Part shown: piece after piece, positions 1 to 8,567 of the stretch
Layout: each line of letters opens with the position of its first letter
How positions within the stretch are numbered: the first letter of the stretch is position 1
IMG/VR virus record: IMGVR_UViG_3300026549_000039
Coordinates: 82,264 to 146,263 of that record
Strand: one strand, 5' to 3'
Source of the DNA: a virus
Taxonomy: Duplodnaviria; Caudoviricetes
DNA: 64,000 nt
Translations under genes and position numbers: made by a program
Notes under the pieces: generated by a model
The model's input: only the letters and a program-made list of their open reading frames with translations
Told to the model about the DNA's origin: nothing
The model's database searches: none

Positions 1-155
1 GCGGCGGCGGGTAAATTTTTTAAACCAGTCGTAGGTAATGCTTGCCAGCCGCTGCCAGATTATTAAACCAGCAACCAATACTTTCACGCATGGGTAGCAT
101 TGCGTAGTTTCGTATACCCGCTACCCGTAAAAATTTTTCCTGATCGGCGAAGCCG

Positions 156-210
156 TTTTCTTTTAAAAAGACTTTTATAATATACTTTACTTTATAAAAT
201 GAAAAATCCG
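156..210. promoter_or_regulatory. AT-rich putative DNA-unwinding element of the origin
   Basis: Very A/T-rich stretch (TTTTCTTTTAAAAGACTTTTATAATATACTTTACTTTATAAAATGAAAAAT) next to the iteron array. Confidence 0.6.
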
Positions 211-247
211 CGTAAAACGTTCAGCCGCAACCACTTACGCGTTTACG

Positions 248-377
248 CCCCACATCAGATAGACCAGATCCCCACATCAGATAGACCAGGCTCCCCACAT
301 CAGATAGACCAGGCCCCACATCAGATAGACCAGATCCCCACATCAGATAGACCAGTCCCCCACATCAGATAGACCAG
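248..377 (+). repeat. Six iterons CCCCACATCAGATAGACCAG (replication origin)
   Basis: Identical 20-bp copies at 248, 270, 293, 314, 336 and 358; periods 22/23/21/22/22 bp (about two helical turns); lie between the AT-rich region and the 3' end of the Rep-like ORF. Confidence 0.85.
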
Positions 378-418
378 GCTGACTTTAGATTGGAGTACGT
401 ATTTATACCTAGACGATC

Positions 419-1339
419 TTACTTTTGCTGTTCAACTTCTAGCTGTTTAGAAGTAACCGCCAGGTGTACACCATTGCTGGTCACATCGAGTAGCGTATAT
501 GCACCACACCCTTCAATAGCTGGTCTAAGGGTATAGTCTACCCAGCTCACCATACCTCTCCTCCACCCACGGTTATCATGGGTAGCTGTTTCAAAGGGAG
601 GCAGCGTTGTGAATCTATACAGCAGATTGAATGGCATTATGTATTCATTCTGTCTCTGCTCATAGTTCATTTTCCTGTCTAATAACAGGAACCTGTTTAC
701 GGAGAAGGCATGAATGCTGCGTTTCCTACCAAACTGGTACATCTCCCTATGTACTACTAGAGGAGACGGTGTTTGTGCTTCCTGCAATCGGGCTACTATG
801 TCATAAGTAAGGGTTACTTTATAAGCATAACCATCACACGTAGCAGCAGACACCACACTAATAGGCTGCTCAATCGCGTGCAGGGTATTGTAAGCCGCAT
901 CAAGCCTGGTTTTGTACTTTCTTCTGGATCGTGTAACAGCATCACTAGATGGGCCTGATCCTTTCGGATAGACCATCTCAGCAATACCGTTCAAGTTTAG
1001 ATCCACAGTAGGGATCCAGTTTTGGTTTGGAGAGTTTACTGAATTGAGTTTGATGATTGCTGACATAAGAAAATCAGCAATCATAGCAACATCCTCCTTA
1101 CACCCTGCTGTTAAGAGAGCGTGAAGAATGTCGTTTCCAGCTTTGTTTTGGTACACTTCTATCCTGTTGTTCATCGAGTCCACCACCAGATAACAGCACA
1201 ATATTTTGTCCTGCTTTTCAGAAGGATAAAACTTCTGTTCTATGTTATGAACCCGTTGATATCTATGGAGTTTTGGTTTATAATAAGCTCCGTACTCGGG
1301 TCCAGCTCCTGAGTGCGTCGCCTTCCTCAGCTGACCCAC
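419..1339 (-). CDS. Putative plasmid-type replication initiator (Rep); real start probably ATG at 1174
   Basis: Directly abuts the iterons; GGTGG RBS precedes ATG 1174 (MNNRIEV). Function inferred from context. Confidence 0.55.
   Translation of the reverse strand: MGQLRKATHSGAGPEYGAYYKPKLHRYQRVHNIEQKFYPSEKQDKILCCYLVVDSMNNRIEVYQNKAGNDILHALLTAGCKEDVAMIADFLMSAIIKLNSVNSPNQNWIPTVDLNLNGIAEMVYPKGSGPSSDAVTRSRRKYKTRLDAAYNTLHAIEQPISVVSAATCDGYAYKVTLTYDIVARLQEAQTPSPLVVHREMYQFGRKRSIHAFSVNRFLLLDRKMNYEQRQNEYIMPFNLLYRFTTLPPFETATHDNRGWRRGMVSWVDYTLRPAIEGCGAYTLLDVTSNGVHLAVTSKQLEVEQQK
1256..1284 (+). promoter_or_regulatory. Sigma70-type promoter antisense to rep
   Basis: TTGATA-17 bp-TATAAT. Confidence 0.65.
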
Positions 1340-1400
1340 TGAGGTGGCAACTATAGGCCCGATTTGAGCAATCCCTTTTGGGCCTATTTCTTACTATTGC

Positions 1401-1409
1401 ATTATAGCA
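1401..1409 (-). promoter_or_regulatory. Extended -10 promoter for rep
   Basis: TGCTATAAT on the - strand; the same motif precedes the SLT gene (9369-9377) and thyX (24931-24939). Confidence 0.55.
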
Positions 1410-1467
1410 TACCAGCTCTTCTGCTGTGTGGGCTGACCCTCGCGTAGTAGACTAGCGGTATTGATGA

Positions 1468-1493
1468 GCCGGGCTTTCACCCCGGCCTTTTTT
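1468..1493 (+). terminator. Intrinsic terminator
   Basis: GCCGGG-7 nt loop-CCCGGC followed by CTTTTTT. Confidence 0.7.
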
Positions 1494-1704
1494 ATACCTT
1501 CAAGCATTCATGGTCCCTAAACCACATACATGACCATACACCGTCAAAGACCTGTTTACCTTTTCTGTAATGTACACACCTGTTTTGTGCAAAGTAACCT
1601 AAAGGGCAGGTAGGCAGGTCTAAATCCAACCCTAACCTATAGTCATTGGCTTTTTTAGGCTTTACTGTACCACCTATGTCACGATTCTGCCTTAATAAGT
1701 TCAA
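1492..1704 (-). CDS. Small Cys-rich hypothetical protein
   Basis: Overlaps the primase stop codon; four Cys. Confidence 0.5.
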   Translation of the reverse strand: MNLLRQNRDIGGTVKPKKANDYRLGLDLDLPTCPLGYFAQNRCVHYRKGKQVFDGVWSCMWFRDHECLKV

Positions 1705-2687
1705 ATATCAGCACCTACCTGTTCCATTACCTGTCTAAGCGTAGATATCTTGTGGCATGATGTAGAGGTGCAGAAGAACATACCAAAGTAGTCCGAGTTT
1801 GGGTTAATATCCAGGTATGCTGATGGATGCCTGTCATCATGAAACGGGCAGCAGCATATCACTTTACCACCTGCTCTACCGTAAGCCTTATAACCAGCAC
1901 CATTTAGAACACCAACTACATCCACATGTTCAATGATACTCATGGCATCCTCTTTTACCTTCATACGCCTGGAAGTGAACTCGGCATCCATAGGCTTGAA
2001 CTTCTGGTACATGTTCTGCCTAAGTTTCTGTAGCTCCTTACTCTCACACCTACCCAGGGCTGACTTCATATCATCTACCTTATAATAGTATGTCCTATTA
2101 GGAAACACTGGAAGAGACTTATTGATTGACTCAAACACCATTGTGTCAACCATAACAGCTGGTTTCCTGGTATTCCTGGAATAGAAGTTCAAGCACTGCA
2201 TGGGTAGTATACTCCTGGTATCAGCCTTTATACTAGCCTTCATCAGTGAAGCAGGATAGGCATAATCAAAGGCAGACATGGGCCTGTCCAGCACCCAGTA
2301 CAGATGCCATCCGTTACCAGTTCGCACAGCAGAGGTAGGGGGTATCCAATCACAGAACTCATAGAGGGTAGCATCCTGTACCTGCCTCTTCTTACCTGCC
2401 CACTCCCCTCTATCATAATCAAAGTCCATAGCAACACACCATGCCTTCTCGACGCCTACAAGGCTCCTGTTAGGGGTATTGTACAGTCCCGCTGTACTCC
2501 TAACAACCTCTAGTATCTTCTTCAGGCCTGGATAACGTTTAGGCATCTCGGCCACAGAATAGAAGAAAGCAGGGTTGTTTGCACCAGTATCAGGACCAGC
2601 AAACATCTTGTCAGACTCTCCAGCAAAGTGCTGTGATAAAAACTCCATAAACAGAATGTCTACTCCCTTGTCCACAACATCCATCAA
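1701..2687 (-). CDS. AEP (RepB'-type) primase with C-terminal CHC2 zinc finger
   Basis: AEP motifs VAMDFD and VRTGNGWHLYW; C-terminal CCPFHDDRHPS...FFCTSTSC. Confidence 0.8.
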   Translation of the reverse strand: MMDVVDKGVDILFMEFLSQHFAGESDKMFAGPDTGANNPAFFYSVAEMPKRYPGLKKILEVVRSTAGLYNTPNRSLVGVEKAWCVAMDFDYDRGEWAGKKRQVQDATLYEFCDWIPPTSAVRTGNGWHLYWVLDRPMSAFDYAYPASLMKASIKADTRSILPMQCLNFYSRNTRKPAVMVDTMVFESINKSLPVFPNRTYYYKVDDMKSALGRCESKELQKLRQNMYQKFKPMDAEFTSRRMKVKEDAMSIIEHVDVVGVLNGAGYKAYGRAGGKVICCCPFHDDRHPSAYLDINPNSDYFGMFFCTSTSCHKISTLRQVMEQVGADI

Positions 2688-2702
2688 GATGCCTCTCCTC
2701 TC

Positions 2703-2762
2703 TTGACAAGTGTAAGTATTTTGCTTACAATATCATTATACACCGCAAGGTGAATTTAGCAA
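2703..2762. promoter_or_regulatory. Overlapping opposite-strand promoters sharing operator 2712-2728
   Basis: + strand TTGACA(2703)-17-TACAAT(2726); - strand TTGCTA(2762)-16-TATAAT(2740); operator GTAAGTATTTTGCTTAC. Confidence 0.7.
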
Positions 2763-2769
2763 GAAGGAG

Positions 2770-3816
2770 TTGGGTATTAAAATGATCGATGGAACTGCTT
2801 TTGGGTCTGACAAACCTGTTTCCTATAGGTCTAAGGTAGCAGAAAAGCTATTGAGGCAGGCTAGTCAATTTGTATCAGACCACCCGCATATGCTTAGTGA
2901 TATTGACAACACGCTTAACAAGGCCATCTCTTGCGCTATGGACTCTGTTGGTGTGTACCCTCCTGATATTTTAGGTGGTGATGGTAAGTACAAGATGCGT
3001 CTACCTACTATCAGTAATGGAAAGCTCTATATGGTCACCATTACTATAAGAGGCAAGATCCCAGAAAGCATGGACGAGACTGATGTAGTTGAGTCAAATG
3101 TGGTATCCGTGGATCGTGTTCCTCTGGCTCAGTGGGCAAGCACAAATCTCAATGACGATCATAGGCAAGCTACCTATGAAGCCATCGAGCATGAGGTGAT
3201 TGATTCAGCTATAAGTACCATACGGAAGCTAAGCACAGTAACGTGTGGCGATATGGCTACAGCTAAAAGAGCAGAAGAAACTCTAGCGGGTATGCTAGAG
3301 AACTACACTGCTGCTGCGAGCAACCTAAGCATGAGTGAGCGCCAGCTTATTGCCTATCTTCCTGATCGTGACTATGACGCAGAAAAGGCTAGGGTCGTTG
3401 TATCATTTCAGTATTTTGATGGGAAAACCAGGGTATACCGTGTGCAAGCTGAGACGTGGGATGATGCTGATTCGACTTGGAGACCGCATATAGGTGATGA
3501 TGATGACCTCTGCTCAGATGAGACAGTGCGCACTATGATTGCAGCTGGTGAGCAAGGCCAGAACAGTATGGTCGATCATCCACAGCATTATGGTGGTGCT
3601 GATAATCCTTATGAGGCCATTAAGGTTATTGAAGCCTGGATGGATCCTAGCGCAAGCTATGGATTTTGTATAGGAAATGCTCTAAAGTATATATGTAGGG
3701 CTGGTAAGAAGAGTGGGTCAAGCACAAGGCAGGACCTTGAGAAAGCAATATGGTATTTGAACAGGGCATGTGAGGAGGCGAAGACCAATGAAGAAGAAAC
3801 AGCAGACAAGAAGTGA
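2770..3816 (+). CDS. Protein with C-terminal DUF3310 (T7 gp1.7-like nucleotide kinase) domain
   Basis: VDHPQHY...EAIKVI...GFCIGNALKYICRAGKK...QDLEKAIWYL. Confidence 0.8.
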   Translation: MGIKMIDGTAFGSDKPVSYRSKVAEKLLRQASQFVSDHPHMLSDIDNTLNKAISCAMDSVGVYPPDILGGDGKYKMRLPTISNGKLYMVTITIRGKIPESMDETDVVESNVVSVDRVPLAQWASTNLNDDHRQATYEAIEHEVIDSAISTIRKLSTVTCGDMATAKRAEETLAGMLENYTAAASNLSMSERQLIAYLPDRDYDAEKARVVVSFQYFDGKTRVYRVQAETWDDADSTWRPHIGDDDDLCSDETVRTMIAAGEQGQNSMVDHPQHYGGADNPYEAIKVIEAWMDPSASYGFCIGNALKYICRAGKKSGSSTRQDLEKAIWYLNRACEEAKTNEEETADKK

Positions 3817-4168
3817 GGCTGAAGCACGGCAGGTCATTAGCGACCTGAGTGGTTTTGTGGATGAGTACAGGAAGAAGCCAGCTAGGCTGAAGACGTACAA
3901 TCCTTGGGTTTTGGACAAGCGTTTCGATAAGATGAACCGCGAGTACTGGGATATTGAAGACACCAATGGTGGTATGTGCGTTATAGTAGCTCAATCTATG
4001 CGCGATGAATTTGAAGCAAGAATGGTTGCCAAGACACCTGCTATGTTTAACATTATAGCTGGTATACTTGATGATACAGATGCCTCTGACTGGATGGACA
4101 AGAACAAGCCCGAATTGCTTGCGCAGATTATTGAAACGCTTAAATCAATATTTAGCAGAAGGGATTGA
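3770..4168 (+). CDS. Hypothetical protein
   Basis: In operon, overlapping its neighbours. Confidence 0.65.
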   Translation: MRRRRPMKKKQQTRSEAEARQVISDLSGFVDEYRKKPARLKTYNPWVLDKRFDKMNREYWDIEDTNGGMCVIVAQSMRDEFEARMVAKTPAMFNIIAGILDDTDASDWMDKNKPELLAQIIETLKSIFSRRD

Positions 4169-4599
4169 GTATCATGCAGACGAAATTTCCACAGTGGACC
4201 AAGGTACTTGTAGTTCTTGCTGTTTTATGGGTAGCATACCGAATCTTAATGATTTGGTTCCCAGACCCACTCCAGAGTTTCATGGCCCTGTTTGGTATAG
4301 GTGCTGGTGCGTCTATGCTTGCTAGTAACCATAAGTCTCTGCGAAGCAAAGAAAAAGAGGATACGGCAGCAGATAGGGCTGAACTTGAAGCCAACAGGGA
4401 GACTATCAACAGCCATAAGGAAGAAATACGGCTCCTCAATCAGCAGATGCAGCAGATACCAATAACTGTAAATGAGGAACTGAAGGCAGAGTGGGATAAC
4501 TTAGCTGATACCAAGAAGCAGATAGCTGAGCAGGAGATGACTGAGGCTGAAGCCGTTAGCTTTCTTCGTCAGCGTCTAAACCAGCGTAAGCAGGGATGA
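4165..4599 (+). CDS. Membrane protein: N-terminal hydrophobic segments plus coiled coil
   Basis: VLVVLAVLWVAYRILMIWF and FMALFGIGAGASML, then a charged heptad region. Confidence 0.7.
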   Translation: MSIMQTKFPQWTKVLVVLAVLWVAYRILMIWFPDPLQSFMALFGIGAGASMLASNHKSLRSKEKEDTAADRAELEANRETINSHKEEIRLLNQQMQQIPITVNEELKAEWDNLADTKKQIAEQEMTEAEAVSFLRQRLNQRKQG

Positions 4600-4603
4600 T
4601 GCC

Positions 4604-4669
4604 ATGTGGTCAGATATTATGTTTTTATTTTTGGCCGCTGTCTTAGCTTACACATTTGGTAGAAAGTAA
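4604..4669 (+). CDS. 21-aa hydrophobic microprotein MWSDIMFLFLAAVLAYTFGRK
   Basis: Fills the gap between two membrane genes; below the ORF-track cutoff. Confidence 0.45.
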   Translation: MWSDIMFLFLAAVLAYTFGRK

Positions 4670-4672
4670 GAG

Positions 4673-5095
4673 GTGTTTTCCATGTGGATCAAGAGGGTGC
4701 TAACAACTGCTGTTATAGCTCTGCTGCTTATCAACCAGGCATGTGCCCAACAGCTCACCAGTGAGGAAGTCAAGGAGCTGGCTAAGTACGTTCAGGAGCT
4801 AGAGGCTGAGAACGCAAGCCTAAAGAAGCAGGTCAACATCCTGTCTGGTGGCCTGGACAAGATGAGTGATACTGCTATCAAAGTGGATATGCAGACGCAG
4901 GCTCTAATTGCCAGGTACGAACACAGCATTGGGGTCATGGAGAAGATGTCCCAGAGATACGAACAGTCTATAGTTCGTGCTGATACTGTTATTGACAGAC
5001 TTGAGAGGAGAGTAAATAACTTGGAAGGTCAGAGGACATTGTGGCAGGTTCTTGGTATTGCTGGTATCGCTGTCGGAGTGGCAGCGAGTAGATAG
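4673..5095 (+). CDS. Exported coiled-coil protein with C-terminal hydrophobic anchor
   Basis: Signal-like N-terminus (KRVLTTAVIALLLINQACA), coiled coil, C-terminal LWQVLGIAGIAVGVAA. Confidence 0.7.
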   Translation: MFSMWIKRVLTTAVIALLLINQACAQQLTSEEVKELAKYVQELEAENASLKKQVNILSGGLDKMSDTAIKVDMQTQALIARYEHSIGVMEKMSQRYEQSIVRADTVIDRLERRVNNLEGQRTLWQVLGIAGIAVGVAASR

Positions 5096-5104
5096 GTGAC
5101 ACGC

Positions 5105-5275
5105 ATGGCTGAACCAAACGTTTGCTGCGGGCTTGCTCCGAAGGGTATGTTTGATACCAAACTGAAGAAGTGGTTCTTTAGGTGTTCTGGTGCCTGTGGG
5201 CGTTCCACCACAGGCCACAGTTCAAAAAAGAAAGCTGTTGAGGCGTGGAATCGCGTAACTGTTGAAAGGTGGTAG
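5105..5275 (+). CDS. Lar-like (restriction alleviation) zinc-ribbon protein, 56 aa
   Basis: MAEPNVCCG...FRCSGACG...KKKAVEAWNR; RBS AGGTGA; not in the ORF track. Confidence 0.55.
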   Translation: MAEPNVCCGLAPKGMFDTKLKKWFFRCSGACGRSTTGHSSKKKAVEAWNRVTVERW

Positions 5276-5280
5276 ATTAG

Positions 5281-5568
5281 ATGGGGGATCGTATGTACCG
5301 AGCAACGTTATCCATCAGGAAGACGGTAGACTTGTGGTCAACTATTGATGTTTTGGTTGATAGTGAGACTGAGATGGGTGCTGGAATCAAGTTGTCCGAG
5401 CTAATTGCAGAATTTGAGAATACTGCAACTTACGACGACGCTACCGGCCTGGATGAGTTACTCTGTGATTCTGATTTTGATCGTAATGCAGATGAGAAAT
5501 ACGATGTTGTGACTACAGAGTACAAAATAGAAGTAGAGTCTATCGTTGAAGAGGACGAGCTGGAATGA
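5281..5568 (+). CDS. Acidic hypothetical protein
   Basis: In operon; overlaps the next start. Confidence 0.65.
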   Translation: MGDRMYRATLSIRKTVDLWSTIDVLVDSETEMGAGIKLSELIAEFENTATYDDATGLDELLCDSDFDRNADEKYDVVTTEYKIEVESIVEEDELE

Positions 5569-7769
5569 TCCGGTCAATATCAGTAGCTAATCTTGGTCCA
5601 TTTAAGGGTGAGCAACACGTAGATCTCAAACCAGGAATACTATCTGTTGAAGGTAGGTATGTTGACAAACCGGGTGAGTCAAACCGGTCTGGTAAGTCGG
5701 CATTCATAGACCTAATAAGGTTTGGGTACTTTGGGGTGCATCGCCATAGGTCTGTACAGAATTACATACATAGGGGTGCTGATACCAGAAACGACCCAAT
5801 CTACCTGTCTATGGAAGTTGAAGACCCAAACGGCGATGTGTACCACATAATACGTGAGTTTGATTACAACAAGCAGGGATTCACCACGAGAATACCAGAG
5901 ATGGGTGACATTGTTACTCAGATGAAGCAGCCTGAGCTCCAGCGTTATATAGAGGATAAGCTGCTTGGGTGTTCCTACAATGATGCCATCAAAACATGGA
6001 TGGTACTACAGGATGACGCTAGAGGACTGATGAACCTATCGGTTGCTGATAGGAAGAGGTTTCTACTGGACTTATTCTCTCCGACTATGTTTCCTTGGGA
6101 CAGCTACTTCTCAGAGGCATCAGCAAGGTACATATTATGCAAAACTAGACAGTCTGAGATAATGTCCAGGATAAACAACCTACGCAATAGGCTGTACGAG
6201 ATATCTGACATGGACTTCTCTTCTCTACTAGCTTCTACGAAGGCTGAAATACTAGAGCTGCAACAGCGGAGAGACAAGGTTGTACAGCTTATTACAGACC
6301 TCGAAGCTACATCGTCTCCAAAGGCCCTAGATGATCTGGCTAGGAAGGTAGCACAGTACAATAAGAAGCTGAACGATATGCACGCTTCGTTGCTCTTGTC
6401 CAGGAAGACCCTAGACAAACTAGAGCATGATGTTGAGAGGTTGAACTCTAGGAACCAATCTCTTGCTGACCTACAGACTAAGAAGAAGAAACTAGAAGAC
6501 AAAGCAGAAAAACTTAATATTAAGGGGGTCGAGGATGAGTATGGTAGGGTCTATGACCAGCACAAAGAGCTAAGCACACAGCTTAGCCTTGATGTACAGA
6601 AGTTCAAGCAGATTGACAAGTTCAGGGGATTGTGCCCGATTACACACGAGGATTGCCCGTCTGGCAGCGATATTAAAAAGGCTAAAGCTGCATTAAAGAA
6701 AGCTATAGAGTCAGCTACCGAGCAGGTTGACGCTCTACAAACTAAACTTGACAAGCTGGTAGCTGTTATGGATGCTAATGATACTATCCGTAGAGATATG
6801 GATGTCATACAGCATAACATAGCAGCTACTGAGGCTGCTATATCTGCTTTGGATGGCGTTGCTCAGATGTATGAGGAGCACAGAAACCAGAACAAAAAGG
6901 ATGAGAAGGAGTATGTGCTGTTCAAAGCTGAAGCGGATAAGCTATCTAATGAGCTGGAAGCTAGACGGTCAGACCATGATCTTACGCACCATCGTAGGAT
7001 ACGTGAGCTGAAGCAGGAACAGGACACCATTACAAAGAAGCTGGACGAACTTGATTCTCGTCTGACTACCCTTATAGCTGACCAGCAGCGTAAGGATATA
7101 CTAGAGCAAGACTTAGCTGACAGCCAGAAGGAGTACAACTCTTTAGAGCTTAGGGAAAGGGCTTTGAGAAGCCTGAAGCCTATGCTTAGTCAGGATGGTA
7201 TACCATTCACAAACCTGCTATCGTCGATCATAGACTTTGAAGCTGAGATCAACAAGGCGCTGGTGGATCTAGGAGACGACCTACTAATTGACATCGAACC
7301 CTATACCATTACCAATTCGCGGGCTCCTATTTGTCAGGTATGTGGGTATGAGTTTGGTAAGAGCCAAGCAAGCAAGTGTCCTGTAACCACTTGCCAGGCT
7401 CCTAGAGAGTATAAGAAAAAAGAAACACTAGAAGTTCGCATGAAGGGGCGTGTTTTTGATGTAGATTTCGACGAAGATTCTGGTGGTGGGAAGCAGAAGG
7501 TAGCTATGGCTATCAGGTTGGCCCTATTTAATGTTCTCAGGGATAGAGGCCTGTTAGGAAATGTGGATATGTGGTGCTTAGATGAGATATTTGCACCGCT
7601 GTCTGATGTAGGAAAGTTCAACATGCTTAACTCGTTTGAAAGTGTCTGCAACCAGTACAATATCAGGCAGCTGTTCTTAGTAACGCATACTGACATAAGC
7701 TCCATCATTCCACCTGCTGTTATAATCCAACGGTCAGATTCAGACCAGGAATCAAGAATAATATCATAG
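5565..7769 (+). CDS. sbcC: SbcC/Rad50/gp46-like SMC ATPase
   Basis: Walker A SNRSGKS, long coiled coil, central CPITHEDC, signature SGGGKQ, Walker B CLDE, H-loop LVTH. Confidence 0.85.
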   Translation: MIRSISVANLGPFKGEQHVDLKPGILSVEGRYVDKPGESNRSGKSAFIDLIRFGYFGVHRHRSVQNYIHRGADTRNDPIYLSMEVEDPNGDVYHIIREFDYNKQGFTTRIPEMGDIVTQMKQPELQRYIEDKLLGCSYNDAIKTWMVLQDDARGLMNLSVADRKRFLLDLFSPTMFPWDSYFSEASARYILCKTRQSEIMSRINNLRNRLYEISDMDFSSLLASTKAEILELQQRRDKVVQLITDLEATSSPKALDDLARKVAQYNKKLNDMHASLLLSRKTLDKLEHDVERLNSRNQSLADLQTKKKKLEDKAEKLNIKGVEDEYGRVYDQHKELSTQLSLDVQKFKQIDKFRGLCPITHEDCPSGSDIKKAKAALKKAIESATEQVDALQTKLDKLVAVMDANDTIRRDMDVIQHNIAATEAAISALDGVAQMYEEHRNQNKKDEKEYVLFKAEADKLSNELEARRSDHDLTHHRRIRELKQEQDTITKKLDELDSRLTTLIADQQRKDILEQDLADSQKEYNSLELRERALRSLKPMLSQDGIPFTNLLSSIIDFEAEINKALVDLGDDLLIDIEPYTITNSRAPICQVCGYEFGKSQASKCPVTTCQAPREYKKKETLEVRMKGRVFDVDFDEDSGGGKQKVAMAIRLALFNVLRDRGLLGNVDMWCLDEIFAPLSDVGKFNMLNSFESVCNQYNIRQLFLVTHTDISSIIPPAVIIQRSDSDQESRIIS

Positions 7770-7781
7770 GGGGTTTTCGTT

Positions 7782-8237
7782 ATGGATGAAATGTTTTCTG
7801 TAATGCCTGACCAGACCAAGGCTATACTTATGAGGGAGGCTATTGCGCAGGCTGAGGCCACAGTTGATATGATGAAACAGGCTGCCGATTCCTTTAGGAG
7901 CAATGATCTGGATGATGTTCCAGAGCAGGCTCGTGAGCTGGCTAGTGAGTTCTTCACTAACTTTGAGGAGGCAGACCACAAGATACTTACATCACTGTAC
8001 ATACACGGTTTCTTCGCGGGTGTATCCCACCTGTTCCGCACAATGAGTGTGTTGGACGCAATGTCTGAGTTCCTGAATAGCGACTGCCAGCATATGGCTG
8101 ACATAGAGTTTGTTGAGGATGACGATGACACGGATCGAGCGGGTCTGCCTAAGCAGAAGCCTGGCTTGTCCAGTATGGGAGACGATGAGATACACCAGCT
8201 GATAAATAACATGACTCTGTGGAGGGGGCTGAAGTAG
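7782..8237 (+). CDS. Hypothetical protein
   Basis: In operon. Confidence 0.65.
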   Translation: MDEMFSVMPDQTKAILMREAIAQAEATVDMMKQAADSFRSNDLDDVPEQARELASEFFTNFEEADHKILTSLYIHGFFAGVSHLFRTMSVLDAMSEFLNSDCQHMADIEFVEDDDDTDRAGLPKQKPGLSSMGDDEIHQLINNMTLWRGLK

Positions 8238-8495
8238 TTGAAAACAAACAGCTACACAGTAACGCTAGGTGTAAAGACTCCAAGCACGCAGGTCCAGTAC
8301 AGAATGTTGAACGCAGAAGTATCAGTTTCAGGAGAGGACCCTGATGCTGTACTGATGGAAGCATCCAAGCATCTTGTGTGTGCTATAGCTAAAGTAGCCA
8401 ACGTGCTTGGCGAAGCCCCGCCTGACGAGATCCGTGACGACCTTGAGCAGATAATTGGTAGTGAATCGGCAGCTGTTATGTACGGTGAGGACTAG
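8238..8495 (+). CDS. Hypothetical protein
   Basis: GGAGG RBS; last gene before a terminator. Confidence 0.6.
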   Translation: MKTNSYTVTLGVKTPSTQVQYRMLNAEVSVSGEDPDAVLMEASKHLVCAIAKVANVLGEAPPDEIRDDLEQIIGSESAAVMYGED

Positions 8496-8540
8496 CTTCT
8501 AACACGTGTCTTTTAATTTGAATTAACTCGGAATACGAAT

Positions 8541-8567
8541 AAGAGGGGGCGGTTTAACGCCCCCTCT
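8541..8567. terminator. Bidirectional terminator between convergent genes
   Basis: AAGAGGGGGCG-GTTTAA-CGCCCCTCTT. Confidence 0.65.

Larger units (their letters stand above)
1290..1493 (+). ncRNA. Putative ~200-nt structured antisense (counter-transcribed) RNA to the rep leader
   Basis: Upstream promoter; consecutive hairpins with G-U pairs favouring the + strand; ends in an intrinsic terminator. Confidence 0.55.

Noticed and set aside
248-377. Direct repeats as a CRISPR array
   Set aside because: Copies are separated by only 1-3 bp, so there are no spacers; they fit iterons
7334-8212. 292-aa - strand ORF
   Set aside because: Ser-rich antisense shadow of sbcC and the next gene
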